A DNA stretch of 64,000 nt, taken from contig CAVPQW010000011.1 of the NCBI GenBank assembly GCA_963707645.1, positions 90,678 to 154,677 of the forward strand, in the 5' to 3' direction. Source of the stretch: an uncultured Actinomycetes bacterium (GTDB lineage: Bacteria; Actinomycetota; UBA4738; JACQTL01). Under the pieces are notes generated by a model. The model had not been told where the DNA came from. It saw only the letters and a list, made by a program, of their open reading frames with translations, and searched no databases. The translations under genes and the position numbers were made by a program. Below, piece by piece: positions 31,653 to 41,618 of the stretch. How positions within the stretch are numbered: position 1 is the stretch's first letter; every line of letters starts with the position of its first letter.

Positions 31653-32411
31653 ATGGCCGAGCCGCGTGCGTTCACGCTGGAGGAACGACCCGACCTCGTC
31701 ACGCGGCTGAGCGAATTGAGCGATGACGGCTCCTGGCCGGAGTTCGCTCTGCACAGCAACGTGGCCTTGGAGCTGTGGAAGGAGCTGCGGTCGCAGTTCC
31801 TCGGGTTCCAGTGGGTGCTGCTGGACGAGGAACGCGACCAGGTGATCGGCATGGGATACAGCGCACCGGTCGCCTGGGACGGTTCGGTCGAGCACCTCCC
31901 CGGCGGGTTCGACGACGTACTGCGGACGAGCCTGCTTCAGCTGGCGGAGGGCGTCCGGCCGAACACCCTTTCCGCGCTCATGGCGACCATCACGCCGAGC
32001 CGTCGCGGCGAGGGCCTTTCCGGCCTGCTGATCCAGACGATGCGGCGGGTGGCGGGCGCGCACGGGTTCGATCATCTGATCGCGCCGGTCCGGCCGACGT
32101 GGAAGGAGCGCTATCCGCTCATGCCGATCGAGCGCTACGTCACCTGGCGCCGCGACGACGGGCTGCCGTTCGATCCGTGGATCCGCCTGCACGAACGCCT
32201 CGGCGGACGGATCCTCGCGCCCTGCCCGGACTCCACGCTGTTCTCCGCGACCGTGGCCGAGTGGGAGTCCTGGACGAAGATGGCGTTCCCCGAGGACGGC
32301 GACTACGTGATCCCGGGAGCGCTCTCGCTCCTCCACATCGACCACGAACGAGACCTCGGCGTCCACGTCGAACCGAACGTTTGGGTCCGCCACGACCCGC
32401 TCCGCTCGTAG
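31653..32411 (+). CDS. GNAT-like N-acetyltransferase
   Basis: RRGEGLSGLLI motif A; LIAPVRPTWKERYP; DPWIRLHERLGG. Confidence 0.8.
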   Translation: MAEPRAFTLEERPDLVTRLSELSDDGSWPEFALHSNVALELWKELRSQFLGFQWVLLDEERDQVIGMGYSAPVAWDGSVEHLPGGFDDVLRTSLLQLAEGVRPNTLSALMATITPSRRGEGLSGLLIQTMRRVAGAHGFDHLIAPVRPTWKERYPLMPIERYVTWRRDDGLPFDPWIRLHERLGGRILAPCPDSTLFSATVAEWESWTKMAFPEDGDYVIPGALSLLHIDHERDLGVHVEPNVWVRHDPLRS

Positions 32412-32559
32412 ATGGCCGCCGGTTCTTCTTTGGGGGGCCTGGCCATCAGGCGCGCGTCCCCGTTCCGCATCTTGGTCGGGCGCACCAGCGGCCGCGCGCC
32501 GATGCTCATCGTCGCACCAGCGGCCGTCGTGTCGTCACCCCGGAGTAGGCTCGGCCGCC

Positions 32560-33327
32560 ATGGACGAGCACGCCCGTCCGAGCGTCGTGTTCGACCGGGC
32601 CGCCGACATCTACGACGCGACACGTGGCGGGGAGGAGCGAGCCGAGCGGTACGCGAACGCGATCGCTCCCCATCTCCAACCCGGCCACCTGACGCTCGAC
32701 GTCGGCGTGGGCACCGGGATCCTGGCGGCGGCGCTCACTCGCCGCGGGTTCCCGTTCGTCGGCATCGACCTGTCGCCCGCGATGCTGGGCAAGGCACGGG
32801 AACGGCTCGGGAACCGCATCGCCGTGGGGAACGCCCGCCGCCTGCCGGTTCGCGAGGCCTCCCTCGAACAGGCGCTGTCGGTGTGGGTGCTCCACGTCGC
32901 CGGCGACGTCCCCGGCGTGCTCGCCGAGGTCGCCCGGGCGCTCCGGCCCGGCGGTCGGTACGTGATCATGCCCGGCGGGGGACAGCAGCCGCTCGACGAG
33001 ATCGGCCGGAGGAACAACGCCCTCGAGCGGGCGCTCGACCCCGAACGCCGGCGCGACGACTCGGCCGAGCGCGTCGCGGCCCTGGCGCCGGCGGCCGGGT
33101 TCCGGGTCGTGACGACCGTCGACCACGAGTGGACGTGGGAGGAGGCGCCGGCCGCGGTGGCCGCCCGCATCGAGTCGCGCTCGATGTCCTACCTGTGGGA
33201 CATCGGCGACGAGCGCTTCGACGAGCACGCTGCGCCGCTCGTGGAATGGCTCAGATCGCTCCCCGACCCCGAACGGCCTATCGTTCGGCGGGCACGGGAC
33301 ACGCTGATCGTGCTGGAACGCGAGTGA
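32560..33327 (+). CDS. Class I SAM-dependent methyltransferase
   Basis: FDRAADIYDATRG; LDVGVGTG; GIDLSPAML; ARALRPGG. Confidence 0.88.
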   Translation: MDEHARPSVVFDRAADIYDATRGGEERAERYANAIAPHLQPGHLTLDVGVGTGILAAALTRRGFPFVGIDLSPAMLGKARERLGNRIAVGNARRLPVREASLEQALSVWVLHVAGDVPGVLAEVARALRPGGRYVIMPGGGQQPLDEIGRRNNALERALDPERRRDDSAERVAALAPAAGFRVVTTVDHEWTWEEAPAAVAARIESRSMSYLWDIGDERFDEHAAPLVEWLRSLPDPERPIVRRARDTLIVLERE

Positions 33328-33338
33328 GGAGGGCCGCC

Positions 33339-33596
33339 ATGCCCGAGGAACGCGACGAGCAGTCCGAGTACGGCTTCACCACCGCGGTGTTCGTCTTCGA
33401 CCACACCGCCCGCAAGCTGACGCCAGAGGAGGCCGAGCGCGAATTCGGCGATACCGCCAAGGAGAACTTCTGGCGGATGTGGCCGACGGTCCGGGAATGG
33501 GCGGATGAGCTGCACCGGCTGATCGACGACGAACGGGGCCACATGGCCACCCCGGTCGAGGACGAGGAGTACGACGAGGTCGGCGGCGGCGGCTGA
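33339..33596 (+). CDS. Small acidic hypothetical protein (85 aa)
   Basis: GAGGAGG RBS; GC3-rich codons; ends EDEEYDEVGGGG. Confidence 0.7.
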   Translation: MPEERDEQSEYGFTTAVFVFDHTARKLTPEEAEREFGDTAKENFWRMWPTVREWADELHRLIDDERGHMATPVEDEEYDEVGGGG

Positions 33597-33604
33597 ACCA
33601 TGCG

Positions 33605-33811
33605 TCAGCCGAGCATGGAGATCAGGGCGTGGACGACGGCCGCCAGGCCGGCGACCACGGCCGCCACGCCCAGCCAGCGGGCCCGTCGCCACGCGAACGG
33701 GGCCGCGGCGACGCAGGCGATCCCCACCGCAAGCTCCGTCAGGTCGGTGACAAGGTCCGCGCCGAGCACGAGTCGAAGTTGACCATGCCGGCGCGCGGCC
33801 CGAACCGACAT
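33605..33811 (-). CDS. Small two-TM membrane protein
   Basis: Two hydrophobic segments; start uncertain. Confidence 0.4.
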   Translation of the reverse strand: MSVRAARRHGQLRLVLGADLVTDLTELAVGIACVAAAPFAWRRARWLGVAAVVAGLAAVVHALISMLG

Positions 33812-33862
33812 GCGCCCCGGGCTCGTATACCCTCCCGACCTTCGACCGGAAAAGGAGCCCCT

Positions 33863-35294
33863 GTGCGCCCCGCTCGACCTCTCGCGATCCTCCTGAGCTC
33901 CGCCCTGCTCCTCGGCGCCGCCTCGGCCGCACCAGCTGTCGCCGGCGCCAAGCCCGCGTCGAAGGCCGGGCTCCGGCTCGTCGCCGTCCGTCACTCGCTG
34001 CTCGCGACGCACTCCTGGTACCGGCAGACGCTCGAACGGCCGGCCGGTCCTCGGTGGGTTCGTCGTCCGCCACGTCGACTCGAAAACCGGCGCCGCCCGC
34101 GTCGACGACGGCCGCGTCGCCGTCCGCGGACGCGTCGCGACCCGCGCGTCCGTCGGCGCGAGGGCCGCCGGCGCCGCCGCCGTCCAGGCCGCGCAGCAGC
34201 AGGCCCGCGTCCCGGCCCGGCTCGACGGGGCCTCGCTCGCGGTGAAGCCCGGCGCGCAGGCCCGCCTGGTGTGGGACGTCTTCACGCTCACGGCGAAGGG
34301 TTCCTACGAGTCGCTCGTCGATGCCGTGAACGGTCGCGTGCTCTCCACCACGTCGCTCGTCAGGAGCGCCGAGGGCCAGGTGTTCGACCCGAACCCGGTC
34401 GTCGAGCTCCAGAACGAGTCGCTGACCGACCAGAACAACCGGGACATCCCCGAGCTCCAGGCGGCCTACACGACCGTGCCGCTGACCCACCTCGACGGCT
34501 CCGGCTACCTGCACGGCGACTTCGCGACCGTGACTCTCAACCCGGACGCGCAGGCCTTCGAGCCGAGCGGGGAGTTCATCTCCACGCGGAACCACCGCGA
34601 GTTCGAGCAGACCCAGGCGTACTACGACGTCACGACGGCGCAGGAGTACATCCAGTCGCTCGGGTTCACCGACGTGAACAACGAGCCGCAGGACCTCCGG
34701 CCGGACGGCGTCTGGTACGACAACTCGTTCTACGACCCGCACAAGGACCGGATCACGCTCGGCCGGGGCGGCGTGGACGACGCCGAGGACCAGGAGGTCA
34801 CGTGGCACGAGTACGGCCACGCGATCCAGGACGCCCAGGTCCCGGGCTTCGGCCGGAACAACCCCGCCGGGTCGATCGGCGAGGGCTTCGGCGACTACTG
34901 GGCGTTCACCATGAGCCAGGCGAACTCGCCGGACACGGGGACCACGCCGCTCGCGTGCATCGCCGACTGGGACTCGGTCTCGTACACCTCGGGCATCCCG
35001 CACTGCCTGCGCCGCGTCGACCGCGACCTGACCATGGACGACTACGGCCGGCGCGCCGACGTCCATCGGAACGGCCAGATCTGGTCGCGGGCCCTGCGCG
35101 ACATCAACCTCGCGCTCGGCCGCGACACGGCCAACACGATCATCCTCGAGGCGCAGTTCTCGTTCGTCCCGAAGACCTCGTTCAAGAAGGCCGCGCAGCG
35201 GACCGTGGATGCGGCCCGCGCGCTGTACGACGAGGCGACCGCGCAGACGGTCATCGACCAGTTCGAGGCGCGCGGGATCAGGGGGCTGGTCTAG
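33863..35294 (+). CDS. Secreted M36/M4-type zinc metallopeptidase (frameshift near 34045)
   Basis: AAAGGAG RBS; signal peptide; PepSY-like VDAVNGRVL; HEYGH and GEGFGDYW zinc motifs. Confidence 0.85.
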
Positions 35295-35989
35295 TGGAGG
35301 TCGGGATCGTCGGCGGGACCGGCGACGAGGGATTCGGCCTGGCGCTCCGGCTGGCGAAGGCCGGGCACCACGTCACGATCGGTTCGCGGTCGCTGGAGAA
35401 GGGCCAGACCGCCGCTGCCAATGCGCAGGAGATCCTCGGTGCCGAGGCTCCGGTGGATGGCGTGGCGAACGAGACCCTCGCCGGCTCGGAGGTCGACGTG
35501 CTGTTCGTGACGGTGCCGTTCGGCGGGCAGGCGGACACCTTTCGGGGGCTCAGCCCGCACATCCCGGACGGGCGGATCGTGTGCGACTGCACGTCGCCGC
35601 TCGCCACGGCCGTCGGAGGACGGCCGTGGCAGGTCGTCCGCCCGTGGCACGGGAGCGCGGCCGAGCAGGCCGAGGCCCTGCTCGGCCGCGGACGCACCCG
35701 CCTGGTCAGCGGGTTCCAGACCGTGAGCGGCGACCTGCTCCAGGACCTCGACCGCCCGATGGACGGCGTCGTGCTGCTGTGCGGCGCGGACCGCGAGGCC
35801 AAGGCGACCGTGGGCGCGCTGGTGGAGGACATCCCCGACCTCCAATGGGCCGACGGCGGCGAGCTGTCGATGGCCCGGGTGATCGAGCCGCTCACCGCGC
35901 TGCTCGTCCAGATCAACCGCACGTACAAGCTCCACGACACGGGCATCGGGCTCACCGGGCGCGAGCGCTGGGGACGCCCCGGCACGTAA
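35294..35989 (+). CDS. npdG: NADPH-dependent F420 reductase
   Basis: VGIVGGTGDEGFGLALRLA...IGSRS; GSAAEQ; IEPLTALLVQINRTY. Confidence 0.85.
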   Translation: MEVGIVGGTGDEGFGLALRLAKAGHHVTIGSRSLEKGQTAAANAQEILGAEAPVDGVANETLAGSEVDVLFVTVPFGGQADTFRGLSPHIPDGRIVCDCTSPLATAVGGRPWQVVRPWHGSAAEQAEALLGRGRTRLVSGFQTVSGDLLQDLDRPMDGVVLLCGADREAKATVGALVEDIPDLQWADGGELSMARVIEPLTALLVQINRTYKLHDTGIGLTGRERWGRPGT

Positions 35990-36017
35990 CGGAGACCTCG
36001 AAGGAGGAAGCTCGATC

Positions 36018-36935
36018 ATGCACGACGTCGACCAGGGCCGGTTCGTCGGGATCGGCGACACGTCGCTGTGGGTGGTCGAACAGGGCGCGCCCGACGGCTA
36101 CCCGCTGCTCCTGCTCCACGGCGGGCCCGGCGACGACCACCACGAGTTCGCCGACTACCTCGACCCGCTCGGCGACCGGTTCCGGCTGGTGCTCGTCGAC
36201 CAGCGGGGGAACGGCCGATCGATGGACTCCGACGAGAACACCTGGACGCTGCCCCAGCATGCGGCCGACGTCGTCCTGCTCGCCAGGGCGATGGGGTTCG
36301 AGCGCTACGCGGTGCTCGGGCACTCGTACGGCGCCTTCGTCACGCTGCAGAACGCCGTGGACTTCCCGGCGCAGGCCTCGCAGTCGATCGTGTCGTGCGG
36401 CCTGCCTTCCGTCCGGTGGATGGAGGACCTGGAGGCGAAGCTCGCGGCGTTCGAGCCGCTCGACCTCCGGGAGCAGGTCCGGCGCTCGTGGGAGGCCGAG
36501 GCGTCTGTTCAGACGCCGGAGGACTTCGCCCTGATCATGCACGACCAGATGCCGTGGCACTTCGGCGATCCCCGCGACCCGCGCATCGCGGAATACCTCG
36601 AGCGGGCCGGCGGCGCCGAGTACTCCCCGCGGATCCTGCAGCGGTTCGCCCAGGCCGGCTACGGCGGGATCGAGCTCGAGGACCGGCTCGGCGAGATCGG
36701 CCATCCGGTGCTCGTGCTGGCCGGGCGGCTCGACCGGACGTGCCCGCCCGAGGCCGCCGAGCTCATGGCCGCCGGCATCCCCGGCGCCGAGCTCCGGGTC
36801 TTCGAGCACAGCGGACACATGACGTTCGTCGAGGAACAGGACGCCTATCTGGAGACGGTGCGCGACTTCCTGGAACGCCACCTGGCCGAGGACGGGCCGG
36901 GCGTGAGCGGCGCGACCGACGTGGCCCCGGGTTAG
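36018..36935 (+). CDS. Alpha/beta hydrolase (proline iminopeptidase-like)
   Basis: LHGGPG, DQRGNGRS, GHSYG nucleophile elbow, SGHMTF. Confidence 0.88.
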   Translation: MHDVDQGRFVGIGDTSLWVVEQGAPDGYPLLLLHGGPGDDHHEFADYLDPLGDRFRLVLVDQRGNGRSMDSDENTWTLPQHAADVVLLARAMGFERYAVLGHSYGAFVTLQNAVDFPAQASQSIVSCGLPSVRWMEDLEAKLAAFEPLDLREQVRRSWEAEASVQTPEDFALIMHDQMPWHFGDPRDPRIAEYLERAGGAEYSPRILQRFAQAGYGGIELEDRLGEIGHPVLVLAGRLDRTCPPEAAELMAAGIPGAELRVFEHSGHMTFVEEQDAYLETVRDFLERHLAEDGPGVSGATDVAPG

Positions 36936-37444
36936 CCGAGGGTTCCCGGCGCCTCCAGCCGCAGGACGAACTCCGCCGCGCCGTCCTCCATCGCCCCGCC
37001 CCGGAGCAGGTCGTACGTGCCCCGCGCGTTCGCGAAGCGGCCGGTCCCTCCGACCACGGCGAACGACCCCCGTTCGGTTCCGGCCGAGCCGGTCCCGATG
37101 ATCGTCCCGCCGTCGAGGTGGAACGTGTGCCATTCCATGGCGCCGGTGTCGGGGGCGGCCACCCCGGGCCCGGTCACCGGGAGGGAGGCCACGTGCAGCT
37201 CACCGACCCGCTGCCCCGCCGGGTCGAACAGGTCGGCGCGCGCCGTCGCAGCCTCGTTCCGGCCGGGGAGCCGACTCGGCCCGCGGAGGTCCCGGACGTG
37301 GAGCGTCATCGAAGCGCCGGCCGGCGCCGCGGCCGTGACGACACCGCGCCCGGCCCGCGCCGCGGCCCCGGCGCCCAGCCCGACCAGGCCGCCCAGCACG
37401 ACGAGCCCCCGCTGCAGCGCGTTCCGGCGCGTCCGTTCCTCCAT
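36932..37444 (-). CDS. Tat-exported dirigent/allene-oxide-cyclase-like beta-barrel protein
   Basis: MEERTRRNAL twin-arginine signal; FAVVGGTGRFANARG motif. Confidence 0.65.
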   Translation of the reverse strand: MEERTRRNALQRGLVVLGGLVGLGAGAAARAGRGVVTAAAPAGASMTLHVRDLRGPSRLPGRNEAATARADLFDPAGQRVGELHVASLPVTGPGVAAPDTGAMEWHTFHLDGGTIIGTGSAGTERGSFAVVGGTGRFANARGTYDLLRGGAMEDGAAEFVLRLEAPGTLG

Positions 37445-37445
37445 G

Positions 37446-38909
37446 TCAGGAGCCTCCCTCGCCCGGGGGTGGCGGCCGCTGCGTGTTGTAGACGCTCCCG
37501 ACGACGATCGGCTGGTCGGGGTCGCCCTCGAGGAAGTCCACGACCACCTCCCACCCGACCAGGGGGACCGGGACGAACCCGTGCTCCAGTCCGGCGTGGG
37601 CCCCACCCACCCGGATCCAGCACGAGCTGTGCTCGTTGTTCGCGCCCTCGCGGTCCCAGTGGAACTGCACCTTGATCCGCCCGTACTTGTCGGTGAAGAT
37701 CTCCTCCCCGGCCGGCCCGACCACGACCGCGGTCTGGCTCCCGTGGACGACCGGCACGGGCGTGAGGCGCGGCGGGCGATAGGTGAGCGCCAACGGGATG
37801 CACTGGAACTCGTTGTGGTACTCGACCGAGTCCTGGGTGGCGCTCCTCGGGTCCCCCGACACGTGGCATTCGTGCTGCACGGAGGTCATGAGGTACTTGC
37901 CGTTCGCGTCGGGGTGTCCGGTGAGCGAGAACACCTGGCCGGCGTTGAACTGGCGGCAGTTCGCCATCCCCTCGATCAGGATCGCCGGAACGACCTCCTG
38001 GCGCATCCGGATGTCCGCCACACGGAGTGCTTCCGGCTGGATCTTCGCCAGCTGGCCGGAGTCGTCCTCGCCCCCGGAACCGATCCCGTCGAACCGCTTC
38101 GCGTAGCCACCGGGGTAGTCGTACAGCTCCATCTCGGTGTTCCCCGCGAGGGTCAGGTCGTGGACCACCTGTCCCACCTTCACCGACGCCGGCGTGACCT
38201 TGACGCCCTCGAGCGGGCTGCCCGGCACCTGGAAGTTGTGGTCCCGGAGCGTGACCTGGCCCGGACCGGAGCTCCTGCGTCTTGGTCCAGTCGAACACGG
38301 TCGTGGAGTTCGGCCGGGCAGGGTGCCGACGGCGAGTAGGTCACCGTCGGGGTCAGCGGCGCGAACGACTCCTGGCGGTCGCCGATCACCATCGTGTGTC
38401 CGGCTTCGCTGTGTTGGAAGAAGTAGAAGATGCCTTCCTCCTCCATCAGGCGGCTCGCGAAGTCGAAGTCGCTCTCCCGATACTGCACGCAGTAGTCCCG
38501 CTTCTCGTACGTGCGCGTGCAGCCGGAACTCGAGGTCGTTGTCGCCGAGCACGTGTTCGAGGATGTCCGGGACCGACACGTCCTGGAAGATGCGGCTCCC
38601 CGCCGACCGGGTCAGGAACCACAGCCACGGGACCACCTCGGCCCGGTAACGGGTGAACGTGTTGCCGCGCTTTCCGGCGGAGAAGCGGCTGACGAAACCG
38701 TTGACGTAGCGGGTCCCGCCGCCCGGGATCGCCGACGAGAGGGTGACCGGCGCCCCGACCAGCTTGTCGAACGGGACCGCCCGAGAGCTGAGTCCGACCA
38801 GGTCGAGCTGGTAGGAGAACAGCCGGGAGATGGCGTCCTGGCCCGAGAACCCGGTGACGATGAGGGCGCTCCGTCCGAGCGGGGTGGTGAAGGTCAGCGG
38901 CGAGGCCAT
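37446..38909 (-). CDS. vgrG: T6SS-type VgrG spike protein, C-terminally short (compensating frameshifts ~38270-38520)
   Basis: FSGQDAISRLFSYQL; RIFQDVSVPDIL; QYRESDFDFASRLMEEEGIFYFF; LYDYPG; TAVVVGPAGEEIFTDKYGRIKVQFHWDR; FLEGDPDQPIVVGSVYN. Confidence 0.9.
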   Translation of the reverse strand: MASPLTFTTPLGRSALIVTGFSGQDAISRLFSYQLDLVGLSSRAVPFDKLVGAPVTLSSAIPGGGTRYVNGFVSRFSAGKRGNTFTRYRAEVVPWLWFLTRSAGSRIFQDVSVPDILEHVLGDNDLEFRLHAHVREAGLLRAVSGERLRLREPPDGGGRHLLLLPTQRSRTHDGDRRPPGVVRAADPDGDLLAVGTLPGRTPRPCSTGPRRRSSGPGQVTLRDHNFQVPGSPLEGVKVTPASVKVGQVVHDLTLAGNTEMELYDYPGGYAKRFDGIGSGGEDDSGQLAKIQPEALRVADIRMRQEVVPAILIEGMANCRQFNAGQVFSLTGHPDANGKYLMTSVQHECHVSGDPRSATQDSVEYHNEFQCIPLALTYRPPRLTPVPVVHGSQTAVVVGPAGEEIFTDKYGRIKVQFHWDREGANNEHSSCWIRVGGAHAGLEHGFVPVPLVGWEVVVDFLEGDPDQPIVVGSVYNTQRPPPPGEGGS

Positions 38910-38983
38910 GCGGTGCCCCCTCCCCGGGGGCCGGCCGGTCGGCTGGCGGCAATGCTGGCACAACGCGGTGCCGTGCGAAAGGG

Positions 38984-40748
38984 CTACGCGTCCGGCGCGA
39001 CGACGACGACGAGCGTCTGGTTGATGTCGACGACCTGGCCGGCCTTGACGAGGACCTCACCCACCACGCCGGCCTGCGGCGACTGGATGTGGTTCTCCAT
39101 CTTCATGGCCTCGAGGATGCAGACGGCCTGGCCGGCCTCGACGCTCGGCGCCCTCCTCGACCAGCACCTGGAGGATCGTCCCCTGCATCGGGGGCGTTGA
39201 CGGCGCCGCCGCCGTGGTGGTGGGCCGCTCCGGCGCCGGTCGCGGGGGGCTTCGGGGCCGCGTGCTGGAGCCGGTCGTGCACCTTGACCGGGATCCGCCG
39301 GCCCTCGACCTCGACCACCAACGACGTCACGGACGTCTCGCCGCCGCCCGGCCGCCCGCCGACGGCGTCGCCGAGGTCAGGCCGCTCGAACTCCGGCAGC
39401 GTCGTGCTCGGCGAGCGCCCCCTCGACGAACCGCGTGTGGTGCGGTTCCCTTCCGGAACTCCTCCGTGTCGAGCACCCACTGGTGGAACGGGATGGTCGT
39501 CGGGATCGCCCTCGCACGCCGAACTCGTCGAGCGCCCGGAGCATCCGCCGCCGGGCCAGCTCGCGGTCCTCGCCCCACACGACCAGCTTGGCGAACAGCG
39601 AGTCGTAGTCGCCGGGGATCTCCTTGCCCTCGCGAACGCCGGCGTCCGCCGGACGAACGGCCCGCCCGGCGGCCGGAACGCGGTGATCGAGGCCGGGGCC
39701 GGGCAGGAAGTCGTGGTACGGGTCCTCGGCGTTCAGCCGGCACTCGATGGCGTGCCCCCGCGGCGACGGCGACACCTCGACCTGCTCGCCGAGCGCCACC
39801 AGGATCTGGAGCGCGCACCAGGTCGAGGCCGGTCACCATCTCGGTGACCGGGTGCTCGACCTGCAGGCGGGCGTTCACCTCCATGAAGTAGAACGACCCG
39901 TCCCCGTTCGACCAGGAACTCCACCGTCCCGGCGTTGCACGTAGCCGGCCTCCTTGGCGATGGCGAGCGCCGCCTCGCCGATCCGGTTCCGGAGCGTCCT
40001 CGTCGACGACCGGGGACGGCGTCTCCTCGACGAGCTTCTGGTACCGGCGCTGCAGCGAGCAGTCGCGTTCGCCGAGGAACGACACGTTGCCGTGCGCGTC
40101 GGCCAGGATCTGGGCCTCGACGTGGTGGGCGCACCTCGATGTACCGCTCCAGGTACACCTCGGGCCGGCCGAAGTAGGCCTGCGCCTCGCGGGCGCTGCG
40201 CTCGAGCGCGTCGCCGACCCCGCCCGGGTCGTGCACCACGCGCATGCCCTTGCCCCCGCCGCCGAACGCCGCCTTGACCGCCAGCGGGAACCCGATCCGT
40301 TCGGCCTCCCTTCGCGCCCTGTTCCACGTCGACGGGGTCGGGCGTCCCGGGCACCACCGGCACACCGATCCGCTCCGCGGCCCGGCGGGCTGCCGACTTG
40401 TCGCCCATCATCGTCATGGCCTCGGGCGGCGGCCCGATGAACGTCAGGCCGGCGTCCGCCACCGCCCGCGCGAAGTCGGCGTTCTCCGCGAGGAACCCGT
40501 ACCCCGGGTGGATCAGCGTGGCGCGTCCCTTGCGGGCTGCCTCGAGCAGCGCCTCGACGTTCAGGTAGGACTGCGACGGCGTGGCCGGGCCGATCGCGAT
40601 AGGCCTCGTCGGCCATCTCGACGTGGAGCGCGTTCCGGTCGACCTCGGAGTACACCGCGATCGTGGGGATGCCCATCTCGCGGCAGGTCCGCAGGACGCG
40701 GACGGCGATCTCACCGCGGTTGGCGACGAGGACCCTCGGCTCGCTCAC
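38984..40748 (-). CDS. Acyl-CoA carboxylase alpha chain (biotin carboxylase + BCCP), multiple frameshifts
   Basis: [12 protein letters not shown]; [10 protein letters not shown]; GGGGKGMR; [14 protein letters not shown]; YDSLFAKL; EAMKM biotinylation motif. Confidence 0.9.
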
Positions 40749-40792
40749 GACCGCAGAGCCTACTTGCCCGAACGGGCTGGGAGAATCCGGCC

Positions 40793-41557
40793 GTGGCCGC
40801 CCATCTGAACGAATCCGCGCTTCGCCGCGCGCTGCGGTCGGCCGGGCTCCCGGACGGGTCCGTCCGGTACGAGGAGGTCACGGCCTCGACCAACGCCACC
40901 GCGCTCGAGATGGCGGGCGCCGGGGCCCCTGAGTGGACGGTGGTCGCGGCCGGGCATCAGTACTCGGGAAGGGGCCGTCTGGGCCGGACCTGGGATTCGG
41001 TGCCCGGCGAGTCGCTGCTGTTCTCGGTCGTGCTCCGGCCCCGGCTGCCGCCCGACCGGGCGGTGCTGCTCACGCTCCTCGCGGGCGTGTCCATGGCGCT
41101 CGCGTGCCGGGTGGCCGGCGTCGACGACGTGTGGTGCAAGTGGCCGAACGACCTCCTTCGTGGCGACGCGAAGGTGGGCGGGATCCTGGCCGAGGCGGCC
41201 GTCGCAGACGGCCGCATCGACCACGTGGTGGTGGGAGTCGGCATCAACCTGGAGGGCCCGCCGGCGGCCGTTCCGGCCGCCGGCGGGCTCGGCGGCGTGG
41301 AGGCCGAGCCGCTCCTTGCCGGGTTCCTCGGGGGCCTGGCGACGCCGGCCGACCCGGCGCGGTTCGCGGAGCGGACGCTCGGGCTGTACCGGCCGGTCTG
41401 CGCGACCATCGGCCGCCGGGTCCGGGCGACCACGACCGACGGCCACACGGTCGAAGGCTCGGCCGTCGACGTCGGCGAGGACGGTTCGCTGATCGTGGAG
41501 ACGCCCTCCGGCGACCGGGTCGCGGTGGGGTTCGGGGAGGTCCACCACGTCCGCTGA
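40793..41557 (+). CDS. birA: Biotin-[acetyl-CoA-carboxylase] ligase
   Basis: [29 protein letters not shown]. Confidence 0.92.
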   Translation: MAAHLNESALRRALRSAGLPDGSVRYEEVTASTNATALEMAGAGAPEWTVVAAGHQYSGRGRLGRTWDSVPGESLLFSVVLRPRLPPDRAVLLTLLAGVSMALACRVAGVDDVWCKWPNDLLRGDAKVGGILAEAAVADGRIDHVVVGVGINLEGPPAAVPAAGGLGGVEAEPLLAGFLGGLATPADPARFAERTLGLYRPVCATIGRRVRATTTDGHTVEGSAVDVGEDGSLIVETPSGDRVAVGFGEVHHVR

Positions 41558-41618
41558 TCGCCTACGGGGAGCCGACTCCGTCCTTGGGGGCCGACACCGG
41601 CGGTTGTGAACCCTCCGG

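Noticed and set aside
33629-35989. 786-aa fusion of a signal peptide to the F420 reductase
   Set aside because: Artefact of a frameshift in the peptidase; the middle is off-frame Arg-rich sequence
36932-38984. Complete T6SS, eCIS or prophage
   Set aside because: Only VgrG is present; no tube, sheath, baseplate, integrase or att-like repeats seen
38984-40748. Carboxylase, FtsH-like and ACAD genes as pseudogenes or programmed frameshifts
   Set aside because: Catalytic motifs are intact and indels are scattered without slippery sites; assembly error is more likely
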